From Pseudomonadota bacterium (GTDB lineage: Bacteria > Bdellovibrionota_C > UBA2361 > OMII01): a stretch of 38,158 bases of DNA. The DNA is taken from the NCBI GenBank assembly GCA_900299055.1, contig OMII01000090.1, positions 1 to 38,158 on the forward strand, written 5' to 3'. The notes below the pieces were generated by a model, which made no database searches, was not told the origin of the DNA, and saw nothing but the letters and a program-made list of their open reading frames with translations. Made by a program: the position numbers and the translations under genes. Below are positions 36,718-38,158 of the stretch, piece after piece. The first letter of the stretch is position 1. Every line of letters begins with the position of its first letter.

Positions 36718-38157
36718 TTATTTCGCGTAGACTTCGATGTAATCGGATTGCGAGACCTGAGAAGCAGTGAAAAACCCGCTTCTACACGTGTAGCCGTGAC
36801 CAGAGTCGATAGTACCGTTCTGCATAATAGTGCAGAAATCATTGTCTGCACCGTTGACGATCGAAATGTTTAACGGAGGGAAGATCGTGTTGGCGCTCAG
36901 GTTGTACGGTGAGCCCTGAAAGCGGAGGTGCGCGTAACTTGAACCGTCAGAGGCTCCATCCCACATATTATTTGCACCCGATTCAAATTTTAAGCAGGCC
37001 CCTTGATCGGTAGTAGCGATGACAAAATCACCAGATCGATTCGTCCAGTTACACGTCCGCGCGGTAGATCCTCCCACAAAGCTCGTATACTTCTGGAGGT
37101 TCCCACTGAAGTCGCTTACGGAGTTTAGTCCTCTGCCGTTTGCGACGGCTCCCCAGGTCGCAAACCCTTGTCTGTCATTTCCAAGGATATACTTGTGTGC
37201 CGTAAGTGAGCCTACTGTCGATAGTGATAAGTATTCAGATGTTGAGGGCACCGTGCTCGTAATATTTGCGTTGTCGGCGAAGGTTCTGGTGATCAGGGTC
37301 CAGCCACCTCCTGAGTAGTCCATGTTGCAGAAATGATTCTCTGCGCTCAACGAGCCAGCTCCATCGGGGTCGATTCGATAGACCCCCGTTCCGCGGCTGG
37401 CGCCATTTGACAGGATGCTTGCGCACGAGACCCCTTCAGATGAGAGCGATGAGCCGGTAACAGAGACTCGGTGACTTAAGCAGCTTGAAGCGCCAGATGC
37501 GCCACGAAACCTGGCGTAGACGGTGGCGGTGCCGTCACCAGAGTTAACAAGAGTCCACGATTTTGTAGCCGCCTTTGTCTCCCATGTTCCGCCTGATGCG
37601 CAGCCGGAGGGGTTCGTAATATACATTTCAGTTGCTGTTGGCGCGTACGTGCTGAGCGTAGCTGATGTTCCCGAGTTTGATGAGACCTCTAGAGATGAGG
37701 GGCCATTCAAATCGCTGGGTGCTAGGCGTACGCCTCGACCACCGACATTTTTATAGCGAGTTGTATCAGTGCTTGCAGCGCTGCCACGGTCTGAGATTCG
37801 CAAATACCCCACGCTATCTAGCCAGCCACCACCTCGAAGGCCGATACCTGCCGCGCTCGTTCCTGGCCACGTGCTTACATCAGGATCCCCACTCGCGTTG
37901 AGGGCGCCGTTGCCGTGATAGCGACCCTCAAAGCTCCTCCCTGAACTGTTACCAATTGTTACAGGTCGCTCCCATAGATTGCCCGAGAGTTCCATGGCTC
38001 CATAGTAGCCACCCCCAGAAGCTATTCTTGTGGTGACATTGTAGGCAAAGCTACCCACTCGCAAAGGACCTTGCACAGATGCGTGATTACCATAAGCGGC
38101 GTTTGAGCCGCTCTGAGCGCGCTCGGCCGACAACCCTCCACTTAAGATGCTTGTGGC
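36718..38157 (-). CDS. Extracellular multidomain protein (FGE-sulfatase/SUMF1-type C-lectin-fold domain + Ig-like spacer + fibrinogen-related domain), 5'-truncated by window edge
   Basis: YYGAMELSGNLWE..RGGGW..R.SDR..GGRGVR (SUMF1-like) and SCASIL..GVYRIDPDG..FCNMDYSGGGWTLI (fibrinogen-like). The frame is open to the window end. Confidence 0.8.
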   Translation of the reverse strand, partial: ATSILSGGLSAERAQSGSNAAYGNHASVQGPLRVGSFAYNVTTRIASGGGYYGAMELSGNLWERPVTIGNSSGRSFEGRYHGNGALNASGDPDVSTWPGTSAAGIGLRGGGWLDSVGYLRISDRGSAASTDTTRYKNVGGRGVRLAPSDLNGPSSLEVSSNSGTSATLSTYAPTATEMYITNPSGCASGGTWETKAATKSWTLVNSGDGTATVYARFRGASGASSCLSHRVSVTGSSLSSEGVSCASILSNGASRGTGVYRIDPDGAGSLSAENHFCNMDYSGGGWTLITRTFADNANITSTVPSTSEYLSLSTVGSLTAHKYILGNDRQGFATWGAVANGRGLNSVSDFSGNLQKYTSFVGGSTARTCNWTNRSGDFVIATTDQGACLKFESGANNMWDGASDGSSYAHLRFQGSPYNLSANTIFPPLNISIVNGADNDFCTIMQNGTIDSGHGYTCRSGFFTASQVSQSDYIEVYAK

Positions 38158-38158
38158 C

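Noticed and set aside
37720-37860. Possible diversity-generating retroelement variable region in the SUMF1/C-lectin domain
   Set aside because: No reverse transcriptase or second near-identical template repeat is visible in the window, and the domain is internal rather than C-terminal.

Overview
This 38 kb bacterial window is mostly core genes and appears to be Gram-negative (ADP-heptose enzymes, lipoproteins). The gene set and protein style suggest a Bdellovibrionota/deltaproteobacteria-like lineage, but that is inference only. Housekeeping blocks are a stand-alone rplS, mreB-mreC-mreD-mrdA-rodA, guaB-hyp-maf-yggS, a CBS/DUF5335-like/BON cluster, recO, grpE-dnaK-dnaJ and an LpoA/LppC-like lipoprotein. 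I recognised no rRNA, tRNA, CRISPR array, integrase or transposase. The most unusual items are five. (1) A single 606-aa ORF fuses an ADP-heptose adenylyltransferase (HldC/RfaE-II), the GmhB phosphatase and a histidine-kinase module whose phospho-accepting His appears replaced by Arg. (2) A secreted Cys-rich protein carries a C-terminal Hint (Hedgehog/intein) domain lacking the terminal His-Asn and is paired with an uncharacterised secreted protein. (3) A membrane-anchored ABC-ATPase-fold protein has every catalytic motif eroded. (4) A bacterial Rsm22/METTL17-like methyltransferase retains a four-Cys pattern. (5) An orphan protein is built from about 140-aa internal repeats. All calls are by eye from motifs; no searches were run.
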